The notes under the pieces were generated by a model. That model was not told the origin of the DNA. It saw only the letters and a list, made by a program, of their open reading frames with translations, and did no database searches. Source: Acutalibacteraceae bacterium (GTDB taxonomy: Bacteria; Bacillota; Clostridia; Oscillospirales; Acutalibacteraceae). From it: a DNA stretch of 34,694 nt. Both the position numbers and the translations under genes were made by a program. Position 1 is the stretch's first letter; each line of letters starts with the position of its first letter. Location of the stretch: positions 1-34,694 of the forward strand of contig JAZOWJ010000199.1 in the NCBI GenBank assembly GCA_045659125.1. Reading direction: 5' to 3'. Below, piece after piece: positions 1 to 7,893 of this stretch.

Positions 1-2187
1 CCCATCGGCTTTGATGCCTTCGGTCTGCCCACCGAAAACTCTGCCATCAAATTCAATACACACCCCAGAATTCTGACCGACAAAAACATCGAGAAGTTCA
101 CAAGCCAGCTCAAGCGCGTCGGCTTCTCCTTTGACTGGACAAGAACCATCGACACCACCGACGAGGACTACTATCGCTGGACACAGCATATTTTCCTTGA
201 AATGTTCAAAAAGGGTCTTGTTTTCCGTGACACCGCCCTCGTCAACTATTGTCCGCACTGCAAGGTCGTTCTTTCCAATGAGGACTCCCTGGGCGGCAAG
301 TGTGATATCTGCCACTCCGTTATCGTGCAGAAGTCCAAGGACGTATGGTATCTGCGCATCACCAAGTATGCCGACAGACTGCTCACAGGTCTTGAGGATG
401 TTGACTATCTGCCGCAGGTCAAGCAGCAGCAGGTCAACTGGATCGGCAAGTCCACAGGTGCCTTCGTCAACTTCTCCGTCAAGGGCGGCGAAGAGGGCGA
501 AACCCTGCGTATTTACACCACAAGACCCGACACTCTGTTCGGTGTTACCTTCATGGTCATTGCGCCCGAGCATCCCATGATTGAAAAATACAGAGAGCAG
601 ATCAAAAACATTGCCGAGCTTGACGCATACAAGGAAGAATGCGCCAAGAAGACCGAATTCCAGAGAACACAGCTCGTCAAGGAAAAGACAGGTGTCCGCA
701 TCGACGGCATCTGCGGAATCAATCCCGTCAACGGCAAGGAAATCCCGATTTACACCGCTGACTATGTTATGATGGGCTACGGCACGGGTGCAATCATGGC
801 AGTTCCTGCACATGATGACCGTGACTACGATTTTGCAAAGAAGTTCGGCATCGACATCATCGAGGTCATCAAGGGCGGCAACATTGAAGAAGCAGCCTAC
901 ACAGGTGACGGTGAAATGGTCAACTCCGACTTCCTCAACGGCTTCACCAACAAAAAGGATTCCATCAAGCGCATGATTGAAGCCCTCGAAGAAAAGGGCA
1001 TCGGTGAAGAGGGTGTTCAGTACAAGATGAAGGACTGGGCATTCAACCGTCAGCGCTATTGGGGTGAGCCCATTCCGATTGTTCACTGCGCAAAGTGCGG
1101 CATGGTTGCTGTTCCCGAAGAGGAGCTTCCGCTGCGTCTGCCTGCAGTTGAAAACTTTGAGCCCGGTGAAGGCGGCGAAAGCCCCCTTGCAAAGATTGAT
1201 GCTTTCGTAAACTGCAAGTGTCCGCAGTGCGGCGGCGATGCAAAGCGCGAAACCGACACCATGCCCCAGTGGGCAGGCTCGTCCTGGTACTTCCTGCGCT
1301 ATATCGACCCCCACAACGACAGGGCAATTGCAGACCCCGAAAAGCTCAACTACTGGATGCCGGTTGACTGGTACAATGGCGGCATGGAACACGTTACCCG
1401 TCACATGATTTATTCCCGTTTCTGGCATAAGTTCCTGTTTGATATCGGCGAGGTCAACACCGACGAGCCCTATGCAAAGAGAACCGCACAGGGTCTTATC
1501 CTTGGTCCCGACGGCGAAAAAATGTCCAAATCCCGCGGCAACACCGTTGACCCCAACGAGGTTATCGACGGCTTCGGGGCTGACGTTCTGCGTACATACA
1601 TCCTCTTCATGGGTGACTACGGCGCAGCAACTCCCTGGTCTGACAGCTCCGTAAAGGGCTGCAAGCGCTTTATTGACAGAATCGCTGACCTTGTGAACAT
1701 GGCAAACGGCGAGGGTGCAACCCCTGCTCTTGAAAGTGCCTTCCATCGCACCGTCAAGAAGGTCACCGAGGATATTGAAAGCATGAAGTTCAACACGGCA
1801 ATCGCTGCCATGATGACCCTGCTCAATCAGATCTACGAAGTAAAGACCCTCACCAAGGACGAGCTTTACACCTTCATCCGCATTCTTTGCCCCTTTGCAC
1901 CGCACGTTGCCGAAGAAATCAACGAGCAGCTTGGGTATTCCGACCTCGTCAGCCTTGCTGCATGGCCGACATGGGACGAAGCAAAGTGCAAGGATGATGT
2001 TATTGAAATCGTAGTGCAGATCAACGGCAAAATCCGCGCCCGTCTGAACATTGCCGCCGACGCAGAAGCCGCCGATGCCATTGCACTCGCAAAAGAACAG
2101 CCCGCCGTGCAGGAAGCAATTGACGGCAAAACCGTTGTCAAGGAACTGTATGTCAAGGGCAAGCTTGTCAACATCGTTGTAAAATAA
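1..2187 (+). CDS. leuS: leucine--tRNA ligase, 5' end outside the window
   Basis: Frame 1 is open from base 1 (PIGFDAFGLPTEN...) and runs into the 661-aa ORF. KMSKS loop (GEKMSKSRGN), LeuRS Cys knuckles (CPHC..CDIC and CAKC..CPQC), CP1 editing-type insert. Stop TAA at 2185-2187. Confidence 0.97.
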   Translation, partial: PIGFDAFGLPTENSAIKFNTHPRILTDKNIEKFTSQLKRVGFSFDWTRTIDTTDEDYYRWTQHIFLEMFKKGLVFRDTALVNYCPHCKVVLSNEDSLGGKCDICHSVIVQKSKDVWYLRITKYADRLLTGLEDVDYLPQVKQQQVNWIGKSTGAFVNFSVKGGEEGETLRIYTTRPDTLFGVTFMVIAPEHPMIEKYREQIKNIAELDAYKEECAKKTEFQRTQLVKEKTGVRIDGICGINPVNGKEIPIYTADYVMMGYGTGAIMAVPAHDDRDYDFAKKFGIDIIEVIKGGNIEEAAYTGDGEMVNSDFLNGFTNKKDSIKRMIEALEEKGIGEEGVQYKMKDWAFNRQRYWGEPIPIVHCAKCGMVAVPEEELPLRLPAVENFEPGEGGESPLAKIDAFVNCKCPQCGGDAKRETDTMPQWAGSSWYFLRYIDPHNDRAIADPEKLNYWMPVDWYNGGMEHVTRHMIYSRFWHKFLFDIGEVNTDEPYAKRTAQGLILGPDGEKMSKSRGNTVDPNEVIDGFGADVLRTYILFMGDYGAATPWSDSSVKGCKRFIDRIADLVNMANGEGATPALESAFHRTVKKVTEDIESMKFNTAIAAMMTLLNQIYEVKTLTKDELYTFIRILCPFAPHVAEEINEQLGYSDLVSLAAWPTWDEAKCKDDVIEIVVQINGKIRARLNIAADAEAADAIALAKEQPAVQEAIDGKTVVKELYVKGKLVNIVVK

Positions 2188-2195
2188 GTTAAAAC

Positions 2196-2233
2196 AAAAG
2201 TGCTTTCATCGCATTTTGGTGAAGGCACTTTTT
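2196..2233 (+). terminator. rho-independent terminator of leuS (hairpin copy H1)
   Basis: AAAAGTGCTTTCATC-loop-GGTGAAGGCACTTTTT, a GC-rich stem followed by a T-run, 9 nt after the leuS stop. Confidence 0.7.
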
Positions 2234-2276
2234 GCATTTTCAATTCAGATGAATTGTTCGGAAAGGGGATATTCTG

Positions 2277-3287
2277 ATGATTGATATTCATGACGTAATT
2301 ACCTCTCCCTGTGCTTTAGCCAATCGATATATTGTAAGGGATGGTTTTGTTTTTACTTCCATCACACATCCCGCAAATGTATTTGATACCATTGTAATGA
2401 AAGATCCGTCCGATGCGCCTTGTTTCTCGTCAGGCATAATCGCATCCTCGTACAGTTTGCAAGAACAGATTGATTTCATAAATGCACACAAACTTGAAAA
2501 AGCTTTCATAATAGCTGAAAATATCGATTTTATTACAAACTGTCCGACTCTGAAATATTTGCGCATTATTCCGCCTGATGATTGCGGCAACAATTTTGAT
2601 TATTCCCCATTGTATAGTATGCCGCAAATAAAAAGCATACAATGTGCAACTGCTTATGGCAGAAAAGAAGAGTTTTGCACACAGATTGATTGCGCTGCGA
2701 TCCATGGTCTTGAAAGTGTACATGTGACAAATGACGGCTATAAAAATTACAATACGGTTGAAACGTTGAAAAGTCTGGGATTGACTGATTATAAAAAAAG
2801 AGATCTTTCCGAAGCATTCAACAGTTCGCTTTTGGATACACTTTCAATCTTTCAGAGCAAAACAGAAACGCTGGAAGGAATACAAAAGTCACCGAAACTG
2901 CAATGTTTATATTTGCATTATAACCGTTCATTGCGGGATATCAGCGCTTTGAAAAAAGTAAAAAATACACTCAGGGCACTGCGGATTGATCACTGTCCGA
3001 AAATTGAAGACTTTTCGGTTTTACAAGAGCTGGAAAATTTAGAATTGCTTGAACTTACGGGAGAGAATGTCTTGCCCGATTTGCATTTTCTTAAAAATAT
3101 GAAGAATCTCAAGACATTCATATTTAGTGTGAATGTGGCGGACGGAGATTTATCTCCCTGTCTGGATTTGTCTTATGTTTATGCAGGAAAAAACAGAAAA
3201 CATTATAACCTTAAAAACAAAGATCTGCCCAAAGGGCAATATATTCGCGGAAACGAAAACATTGAACTATGGCGCAGACTGAATTAG
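2277..3287 (+). CDS. cytoplasmic leucine-rich-repeat (LRR) protein, function unknown
   Basis: 336-aa ORF with SD AGGGGA 7 nt upstream of the ATG. Repeated LxxLxLxxN/C-type units (LQCLYLHYNRSLRDISALKKVKNTLRALRIDHCPKIEDFSVLQELENLELLELTG...). No signal peptide. AT-rich compared with neighbours. Confidence 0.75.
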   Translation: MIDIHDVITSPCALANRYIVRDGFVFTSITHPANVFDTIVMKDPSDAPCFSSGIIASSYSLQEQIDFINAHKLEKAFIIAENIDFITNCPTLKYLRIIPPDDCGNNFDYSPLYSMPQIKSIQCATAYGRKEEFCTQIDCAAIHGLESVHVTNDGYKNYNTVETLKSLGLTDYKKRDLSEAFNSSLLDTLSIFQSKTETLEGIQKSPKLQCLYLHYNRSLRDISALKKVKNTLRALRIDHCPKIEDFSVLQELENLELLELTGENVLPDLHFLKNMKNLKTFIFSVNVADGDLSPCLDLSYVYAGKNRKHYNLKNKDLPKGQYIRGNENIELWRRLN

Positions 3288-3362
3288 TCTGTTCAGGGGA
3301 TGTGCAGTGATGGAACACCCGGGTCATCGCGAAGCTGTATTTTAACTTTTATGAAAAACTAG

Positions 3363-3399
3363 AAAAGTGCTTTCACCCGAGCAGGTGAGAGCACTTTTG
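3363..3399. terminator. bidirectional terminator between convergent LRR and ATPase genes (hairpin copy H2)
   Basis: AAAAGTGCTTTCACC-CGAGCA-GGTGAGAGCACTTTTG. An A-run lies on the left and a T-run on the right, so it can terminate both strands. Confidence 0.65.
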
Positions 3400-3415
3400 T
3401 TATTACCCGTTTTTG

Positions 3416-3440
3416 ATATTTTTTCAATTTTGGGAAGTGG
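3416..3440. repeat. left copy of a 25-bp direct repeat flanking the ATPase gene
   Basis: ATATTTTTTCAATTTTGGGAAGTGG directly abuts the ATPase stop codon (3441). It matches 4684-4708 at 23/25 positions. Confidence 0.85.
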
Positions 3441-4634
3441 TTACTTGCTCAGTAACCAATCTGCCACATCAATAACCTTAACCCCCTCATATTGATATTC
3501 AGGGTTTCTTGTTCGTGCTATCACCATTTTGGGATAGGCATCTTTGATTTTAAGCAGAGGCTCGACTTCTCGCTGAAAAGTGTCAGGATGGGTTATATTA
3601 TCCGAAACCTGAATATAAATCTTTTCGTTTCGTTTTAAAGCCACAAAATCAATCTCTTTTTTATATAAGACACCGACATAAACCTCATAGCCACGTCTGA
3701 GCAATTCCATAGCAACGATATTTTCAATCACTCTGCCATTATCTGAATTTTTTGTACCGAGCTTGGCATAGCGGAAGGCGTGGTCGCTTAAATAATACTT
3801 GTCGTTAGAAGTCAAATATTTTTTTCCTTTAATATCGTACCTGCTGAACTTATAGAAGGCAAAAGCGTTGCAAAGAAATTGCAGATAGTTTCCGACCGTC
3901 TTGTGATTGATGTTATCCTTGTTTGATGTGAGTGTATCAGAAATACTTCTTGCCGAGGTTAAGTTGGATATATTATCCATTAAGAATTGAGATGTTTTGT
4001 CCATCAAAGCAGGATTTTTTATTTTATATTTTTGCCGGATATCTCTTAAAATCAGGGTATCGAAAACATTTTCAATATAATCGTATTTATTTTCCTGTTC
4101 CTTGTACAGATAAGAGCCTGCCAAGCCGCCGTCCAGCATATAGCTATCAAATGCAGTGTATTTATCTGTCAATTCAAAGTAATGAACATATTCGGCAAAA
4201 GAAAACGGATACACTTTGATTTCAAATGTTCTTCCGGTAAACAAGGTTGCCAAATCAGAACTAAGCAAAAAAGCATTGGACCCCGTAATATAAATATCAT
4301 ACATTTCAGATGCGTGTAAATTGTTTATGCATAGTTCAAAGTTGGCACACATTTGAATTTCGTCAATTAAAACAAAATTGTCCTTACCCTCGATGTAATT
4401 GTTTTCAATATATTCATTAAGAGCCTTATATTCTTTAAGATGATCATATTTAGACAGATTGAAGTTAATATGAATAATATTAGCGGTTGGAATGTTCATT
4501 TGTACGTAGGCTTTGAATGCTTCCAAAAGCTTTGATTTGCCGGACCGTCTTACACCTGTCAGCACTTTAATGTCGGGTATGCCGATTACTCCTGTCATTT
4601 TATCTAAGTATTGTTTTCTTTCAATCAGTTTCAT
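3441..4634 (-). CDS. AAA-family ATPase with DUF4143-type C-terminal domain (COG1373-like)
   Basis: 397 aa. Walker A GVRRSGKSKL, Walker B FVLIDEIQ. The C-terminal region EIDFVALKRNEKIYIQVS resembles the PD-(D/E)xK-like DUF4143 core, but the ExK position reads QVS. SD GAGGTGA upstream. Confidence 0.85.
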   Translation of the reverse strand: MKLIERKQYLDKMTGVIGIPDIKVLTGVRRSGKSKLLEAFKAYVQMNIPTANIIHINFNLSKYDHLKEYKALNEYIENNYIEGKDNFVLIDEIQMCANFELCINNLHASEMYDIYITGSNAFLLSSDLATLFTGRTFEIKVYPFSFAEYVHYFELTDKYTAFDSYMLDGGLAGSYLYKEQENKYDYIENVFDTLILRDIRQKYKIKNPALMDKTSQFLMDNISNLTSARSISDTLTSNKDNINHKTVGNYLQFLCNAFAFYKFSRYDIKGKKYLTSNDKYYLSDHAFRYAKLGTKNSDNGRVIENIVAMELLRRGYEVYVGVLYKKEIDFVALKRNEKIYIQVSDNITHPDTFQREVEPLLKIKDAYPKMVIARTRNPEYQYEGVKVIDVADWLLSK

Positions 4635-4655
4635 GGTAAGTCACCTCACATTATT

Positions 4656-4705
4656 ATTATGCCACATTCGCTTCCCAAAATCAATATTTTTTTAATTTTG
4701 GGAAG
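4656..4705 (-). promoter_or_regulatory. candidate sigma-70 promoter of the ATPase gene, overlapped by an 11-bp inverted repeat
   Basis: On the minus strand: TTGATT (4679-4684), 17 nt spacer, CATAAT (4656-4661). Inverted repeat CTTCCCAAAAT (4671-4681) / ATTTTGGGAAG (4695-4705) with a 13-nt spacer straddles the -35. Confidence 0.5.
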
Positions 4706-4708
4706 TAG
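4684..4708. repeat. right copy of the 25-bp direct repeat flanking the ATPase gene
   Basis: ATATTTTTTTAATTTTGGGAAGTAG, 23/25 identical to 3416-3440. Confidence 0.85.
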
Positions 4709-4775
4709 AATTTTTCCGCAAGAGTGCAGAAAGAATGAAAACAAAGCATGGAAGTGTTTTATAGCAGGGAATTGC

Positions 4776-4813
4776 AAAAAAGTGCTTCACCGACCCGGTG
4801 AGAGCACTTTTTT
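4776..4813. repeat. third copy (H3) of the terminator-like hairpin
   Basis: AAAAAAGTGCTTCACC-GACCC-GGTGAGAGCACTTTTTT has the same stem sequence as H1 and H2. It lies upstream of the ATPase gene, next to the hydrolase gene's own terminator. Confidence 0.75.
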
Positions 4814-4825
4814 CGTAAATTGTGC

Positions 4826-4855
4826 AAAAAAAGAACGCACCCGGGAGTGCGTTCT
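4826..4855 (-). terminator. rho-independent terminator of the hydrolase gene
   Basis: Minus strand reads AGAACGCAC-TCCCGG-GTGCGTTCT followed by TTTTTTT, about 20 nt after the stop at 4876. Confidence 0.8.
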
Positions 4856-4875
4856 TTCTATATGTTTTTTTTGAT

Positions 4876-6804
4876 TTAGCCGATGATTTCGTCTACAATG
4901 TCTTCAGCCATGTCGGGCAGCTCAAAGAAGCCGGAAGCGCCTCTTCTTGCCCACAGACCGTCGCTCATTCTCTTGAAGATCTTGGTCAGCAGGTTGGTGA
5001 AGAAATCAGTGCCTTCTTCACGGGGAGATTCAAGACCGCAGATAACAAAGGCGTCATAAAGAGCATTTTCTGCTTCCGTTGTCAGCTCTGCATCGCAGAT
5101 GGTGTCATCAATAACATCACAAGCGAAGTCATAAGCCTCCTGCACAGCTGCAAGCTGTTCTGCAGTGTAAAGACCTTCTTCGTTTGCAAGAATTTCTTCT
5201 GCACGGACAAGGTAGCCACCGTCGGGACGGACGATTCTGCGGGAGTTGCGTGTGCCGTTGACCTGCGGATACAGCGCAGTATCGTTAACATCGTCAATTG
5301 CACCTGTCATAAGCAGAGCAGCAAGCTTGATTGCGTTGTCGTTTCTGCCGATTTCATGGTGCTGACCCTTGAAGAAGAATGCGGAGTTCGGGAACAGGCA
5401 GGTGGAGATGTCAAGAAGACCGTCGGGAGTCAGAACGCTGTCTTCCTTGAGCAGACCTGCAGCCTCAATGGTCTGGTGCGGTGCACCTGCGGTAGCGCCC
5501 AGAGAGGTGGACTTTACATCGATGATAGCATCGGAGTTGACGAAGTCAACGCTCTTTACAAGACCGAAGAAAGCATATTCGCCCTGGTCAAAGCGCATAT
5601 TGTAGCCGCTGACGGTGGAAACCTTCACACCGTACTTTTCGTTAGCGGTCAGAAGGGTGTCTTCCAGGTTCATTCTGGCCTGCTGCATGCGGTCGGTCTT
5701 TTCACGCATGACGGAGCCTTCTGCAAGGTATCTGTCGGCAAGCTCTTCGTAGCGGTCCTTGGGAACGGTTGCCCAGAACTGCGGGTCGTTGAGAAGCAGA
5801 GTATCAAGAATGCCTTCGAATGCGGCAGAGATGATGTTTTCAAGAACCTTCTGCGGGAAAATGCGGATGGCAACGTTGATGATGTAGCCGAGCATTGCAT
5901 CTTCGCCGAGCTGCTCCATGAGATACGGGAAGAAGCTGTGGTAAACCTTTTCTTCTGCAAGGGACCATTCTCTTGCATAGAAGTCAGCGATGATGCTTGT
6001 GCCGTCCATAACGGCAACGAAGCCGATGATGTGGTTGATCTTTGCGAGGTCTTCTTCTTCAATAATATCAAGGTATGCGGTCAGAAGGGTACCGCCGAGG
6101 CTGACTGCGCAAAGGTTGACCTTGCCGTATTCGGCAGCAAGTCTGTCAACCATGTCCTTGAGCTTTTGTGCAGATTCCATGGTGTTGCCCAGAAGCGGGA
6201 AGGTGCACAGGTAGGTCATATCTTCGAGGGTGTTGTTGCCGCCTTCGACACCGCTTTCATAAGGAATGGAGGTGTAGGGCTGCATGGGCATCATGTTGTA
6301 GAACCAGCCCTTGGTGTCTTCATCCCAAAGGGAAACGGGAGTCTGATAATCGTAAACACCGATATTGTTTACGGGTTCACCGTTTTCATTCATTGCCATG
6401 TAGCAGAAAACTTCGCCTACAAGGTCATAGATAGCATCGGTCAGGCCCATGTCGGTCTGGAACATCAGGGTGCCCAGCAGAGGACCCACAAGATCCTTGA
6501 GGATGGTGCCTACAAGGTCAGCTGTGTTCATCAGCAGCAGACCGCTTTCAAGGGTAGCGCCTGCAGCGTCAACGTCAGCAACGCCGTCCTTGTCATTATC
6601 TACATAGTATACGGAGTGGTTGATGCCGGGAAGCATGATGGTGGGATACTGTGTTTCCTCCATGCCCAGTTCAACGAGATCGGCATAGGTTTTTGCCTCA
6701 ACAAGGTTGACATTGCTTTCTTCGGTTTCCGTTGCACCTGCGGGGATGAAGCAGACAGACAGCATCATCAGTGCTGCAAGGAAAACAGCAAGATACTTTT
6801 TCAT
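4876..6804 (-). CDS. secreted alpha/beta-hydrolase-like protein (putative lipase/esterase)
   Basis: 642 aa. N-terminal signal peptide MKKYLAVFLAALMMLSVCFIPAGA. Nucleophile-elbow-like AVSLGG (AxSxG). PTIMLPGI start of the fold. QHHEIG near the end of the core. SD AAGGAGG upstream. Confidence 0.7.
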   Translation of the reverse strand: MKKYLAVFLAALMMLSVCFIPAGATETEESNVNLVEAKTYADLVELGMEETQYPTIMLPGINHSVYYVDNDKDGVADVDAAGATLESGLLLMNTADLVGTILKDLVGPLLGTLMFQTDMGLTDAIYDLVGEVFCYMAMNENGEPVNNIGVYDYQTPVSLWDEDTKGWFYNMMPMQPYTSIPYESGVEGGNNTLEDMTYLCTFPLLGNTMESAQKLKDMVDRLAAEYGKVNLCAVSLGGTLLTAYLDIIEEEDLAKINHIIGFVAVMDGTSIIADFYAREWSLAEEKVYHSFFPYLMEQLGEDAMLGYIINVAIRIFPQKVLENIISAAFEGILDTLLLNDPQFWATVPKDRYEELADRYLAEGSVMREKTDRMQQARMNLEDTLLTANEKYGVKVSTVSGYNMRFDQGEYAFFGLVKSVDFVNSDAIIDVKSTSLGATAGAPHQTIEAAGLLKEDSVLTPDGLLDISTCLFPNSAFFFKGQHHEIGRNDNAIKLAALLMTGAIDDVNDTALYPQVNGTRNSRRIVRPDGGYLVRAEEILANEEGLYTAEQLAAVQEAYDFACDVIDDTICDAELTTEAENALYDAFVICGLESPREEGTDFFTNLLTKIFKRMSDGLWARRGASGFFELPDMAEDIVDEIIG

Positions 6805-6848
6805 GTAATTTCCTCCTTACACAGCCATTGGCTGTTATTGCACTGTAT

Positions 6849-6877
6849 ATAATAACATATAAAAAAAGAAAAATCAA
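6849..6877 (-). promoter_or_regulatory. candidate promoter of the hydrolase gene
   Basis: Minus strand TTGATT (6872-6877), 17 nt, TATTAT (6849-6854). The leader contains the palindrome ACAGCCATTGGCTGT (6821-6835). Confidence 0.45.
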
Positions 6878-6948
6878 CCGTTTTTCTGCCGCGGTAGTGT
6901 GAAAAAGTGAGCCAAAAATATCGGCTTTTTTTTGTGCCTTTCGCCGCA

Positions 6949-6977
6949 TTGACAAGTACAACAAAACAGAGTATCAT
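6949..6977 (+). promoter_or_regulatory. candidate promoter of nrdG
   Basis: TTGACA (6949-6954), 17 nt, TATCAT (6972-6977). Confidence 0.45.
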
Positions 6978-7041
6978 TGAAAATCAAAGCATTTCATTAT
7001 ATTATATTGCGAAAAGCAAAAAAACGAGAGGGGACAGCCTG

Positions 7042-7734
7042 ATGATTATTCAAGGCCTGCAAAAGCTGACATTGCTCGATTTTCCGGGGCATACTGCCTG
7101 CACGGTGTACACCGCAGGCTGCAATTTCCGCTGTCCGTTCTGCCACAATGCCTCACTTGTGACCCACATTGACGCACAGCCTGTTTGCACCGAGGATGCC
7201 TTCTTTTCATTTTTAAGCAAAAGGCAGGGGCTGCTTGACGGTGTTGCCGTCACAGGCGGTGAGCCGTTGCTGCAAAAGGATATTATACCTTTTCTTAAGA
7301 AAATCCGTGCACTCGGCTTTGCAGTCAAGCTCGACACCAACGGCAGCAAGCCCGATGTGCTTCGCGAAATTGTCGGTGAAGGTCTGGTTGACTATGTTGC
7401 AATGGATGTCAAGAATACAAAAGAAAAATATCCGCTTACCGCAGGTATTGATGAAAAAATGCTTGCCGATATAGAGGAAAGCATTGATTTTCTGCTTGAA
7501 AATCATGTCGATTACGAATTCCGCACCACACTTGTGAAGAATTTTCACACCAAAGAGGACCTTGCAGCTATGTCACAGCGCCTGCAGGGGGCAAAACGGT
7601 GGTTTTTGCAATCCTTTAAGGATTCGGGCGACCTCATAGATGCCTCTTGTGTGGGTTTTTCGGACGCACAAATGCGTGAAATGCTTGATTCTGCGCGGTT
7701 TGCAGCACCTTTTGCAGAAATTCGGGGCATTTGA
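7042..7734 (+). CDS. nrdG: anaerobic ribonucleoside-triphosphate reductase activating protein (radical SAM)
   Basis: MIIQGLQKLTLLDFPG..., CNFRCPFC radical-SAM triad, GGEPLL. SD GAGAGGGGA before the ATG at 7042. The listed ORF start at 6907 is an unsupported upstream extension. Confidence 0.9.
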   Translation: MIIQGLQKLTLLDFPGHTACTVYTAGCNFRCPFCHNASLVTHIDAQPVCTEDAFFSFLSKRQGLLDGVAVTGGEPLLQKDIIPFLKKIRALGFAVKLDTNGSKPDVLREIVGEGLVDYVAMDVKNTKEKYPLTAGIDEKMLADIEESIDFLLENHVDYEFRTTLVKNFHTKEDLAAMSQRLQGAKRWFLQSFKDSGDLIDASCVGFSDAQMREMLDSARFAAPFAEIRGI

Positions 7735-7738
7735 CACA

Positions 7739-7819
7739 CCACAAGATATAGATTCACAAAAAAGATTTTTAAAATTTTGCCACAATATCTTGACAAAGGT
7801 ATTGTGGTTATGTTATTAT
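7739..7819 (+). promoter_or_regulatory. nrdD promoter with candidate NrdR-box-like operators
   Basis: TTGACA (7790-7795), 18 nt, TATTAT (7814-7819). CCACAAGATATAGATT (7739-7754) and CCACAATATCTTGACA (7780-7795) match the NrdR-box pattern acaCwAtATaTwGtgt at about 12/16 and 11/16 positions, 41 bp apart. CCACAATA (7780-7787) / TATTGTGG (7800-7807) form an inverted repeat around the -35. Confidence 0.45.
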
Positions 7820-7893
7820 ACCCATGCTCCCCTTAAGGGGTAAGAAATCGTTTGTTAAAAATTTACATAAATTCTGAAAAAGGAGAACCGCTT

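Noticed and set aside
131-580. A 149-aa ORF in an alternative frame inside leuS.
   Set aside because: It overlaps the conserved LeuRS reading frame entirely. Its Ser/Pro/Thr/Arg-rich translation is typical of an off-frame artefact.
2196-4813. Interpretation of the three repeated hairpins as integron attC sites delimiting gene cassettes.
   Set aside because: There is no intI gene or attI in the window. The two genes are convergent, and the ATPase gene has its own promoter. The hairpins are short perfect terminator-like stems lacking the R/L box layout and the GTTRRRY core. The repeat observation is kept as a finding without the integron label.
4822-6852. A 676-aa plus-strand ORF overlapping the hydrolase gene. 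Similar long shadow ORFs occur at 27515-28804 (+), 29663-32569 (-), 32407-34530 (-), 20706-21629 (+), 22222-23487 (-), 24401-25549 (-), 13355-14143 (-) and 16667-17380 (-).
   Set aside because: In each case the opposite strand encodes a protein with clear family motifs, an SD and a terminator. The shadow translations are Cys/Val/Phe/Gly-rich with no recognisable domains.
6911-6935. A terminator-like AGCC-loop-GGCT stem followed by T8 upstream of nrdG.
   Set aside because: The stem is only 4-5 bp and no plus-strand gene ends upstream of it. It is more likely part of the AT-rich divergent promoter region.
6907-7041. Upstream extensions of ORFs given in the track: nrdG from 6907, nrdD from 7852, Nudix from 11141, XRE to 17970, MFS from 32662 and ATPase-2 to 13000.
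   Set aside because: The extensions use non-ATG or SD-less starts and run through promoter or terminator sequence. Internal ATGs with good SDs coincide with the family-typical N-termini.
7820-7893. A possible riboswitch (for example cobalamin) or other structured leader upstream of nrdD.
   Set aside because: The leader is only about 70 nt. Its only structure is a 12-bp palindrome, and no B12-box or other riboswitch core is recognisable.
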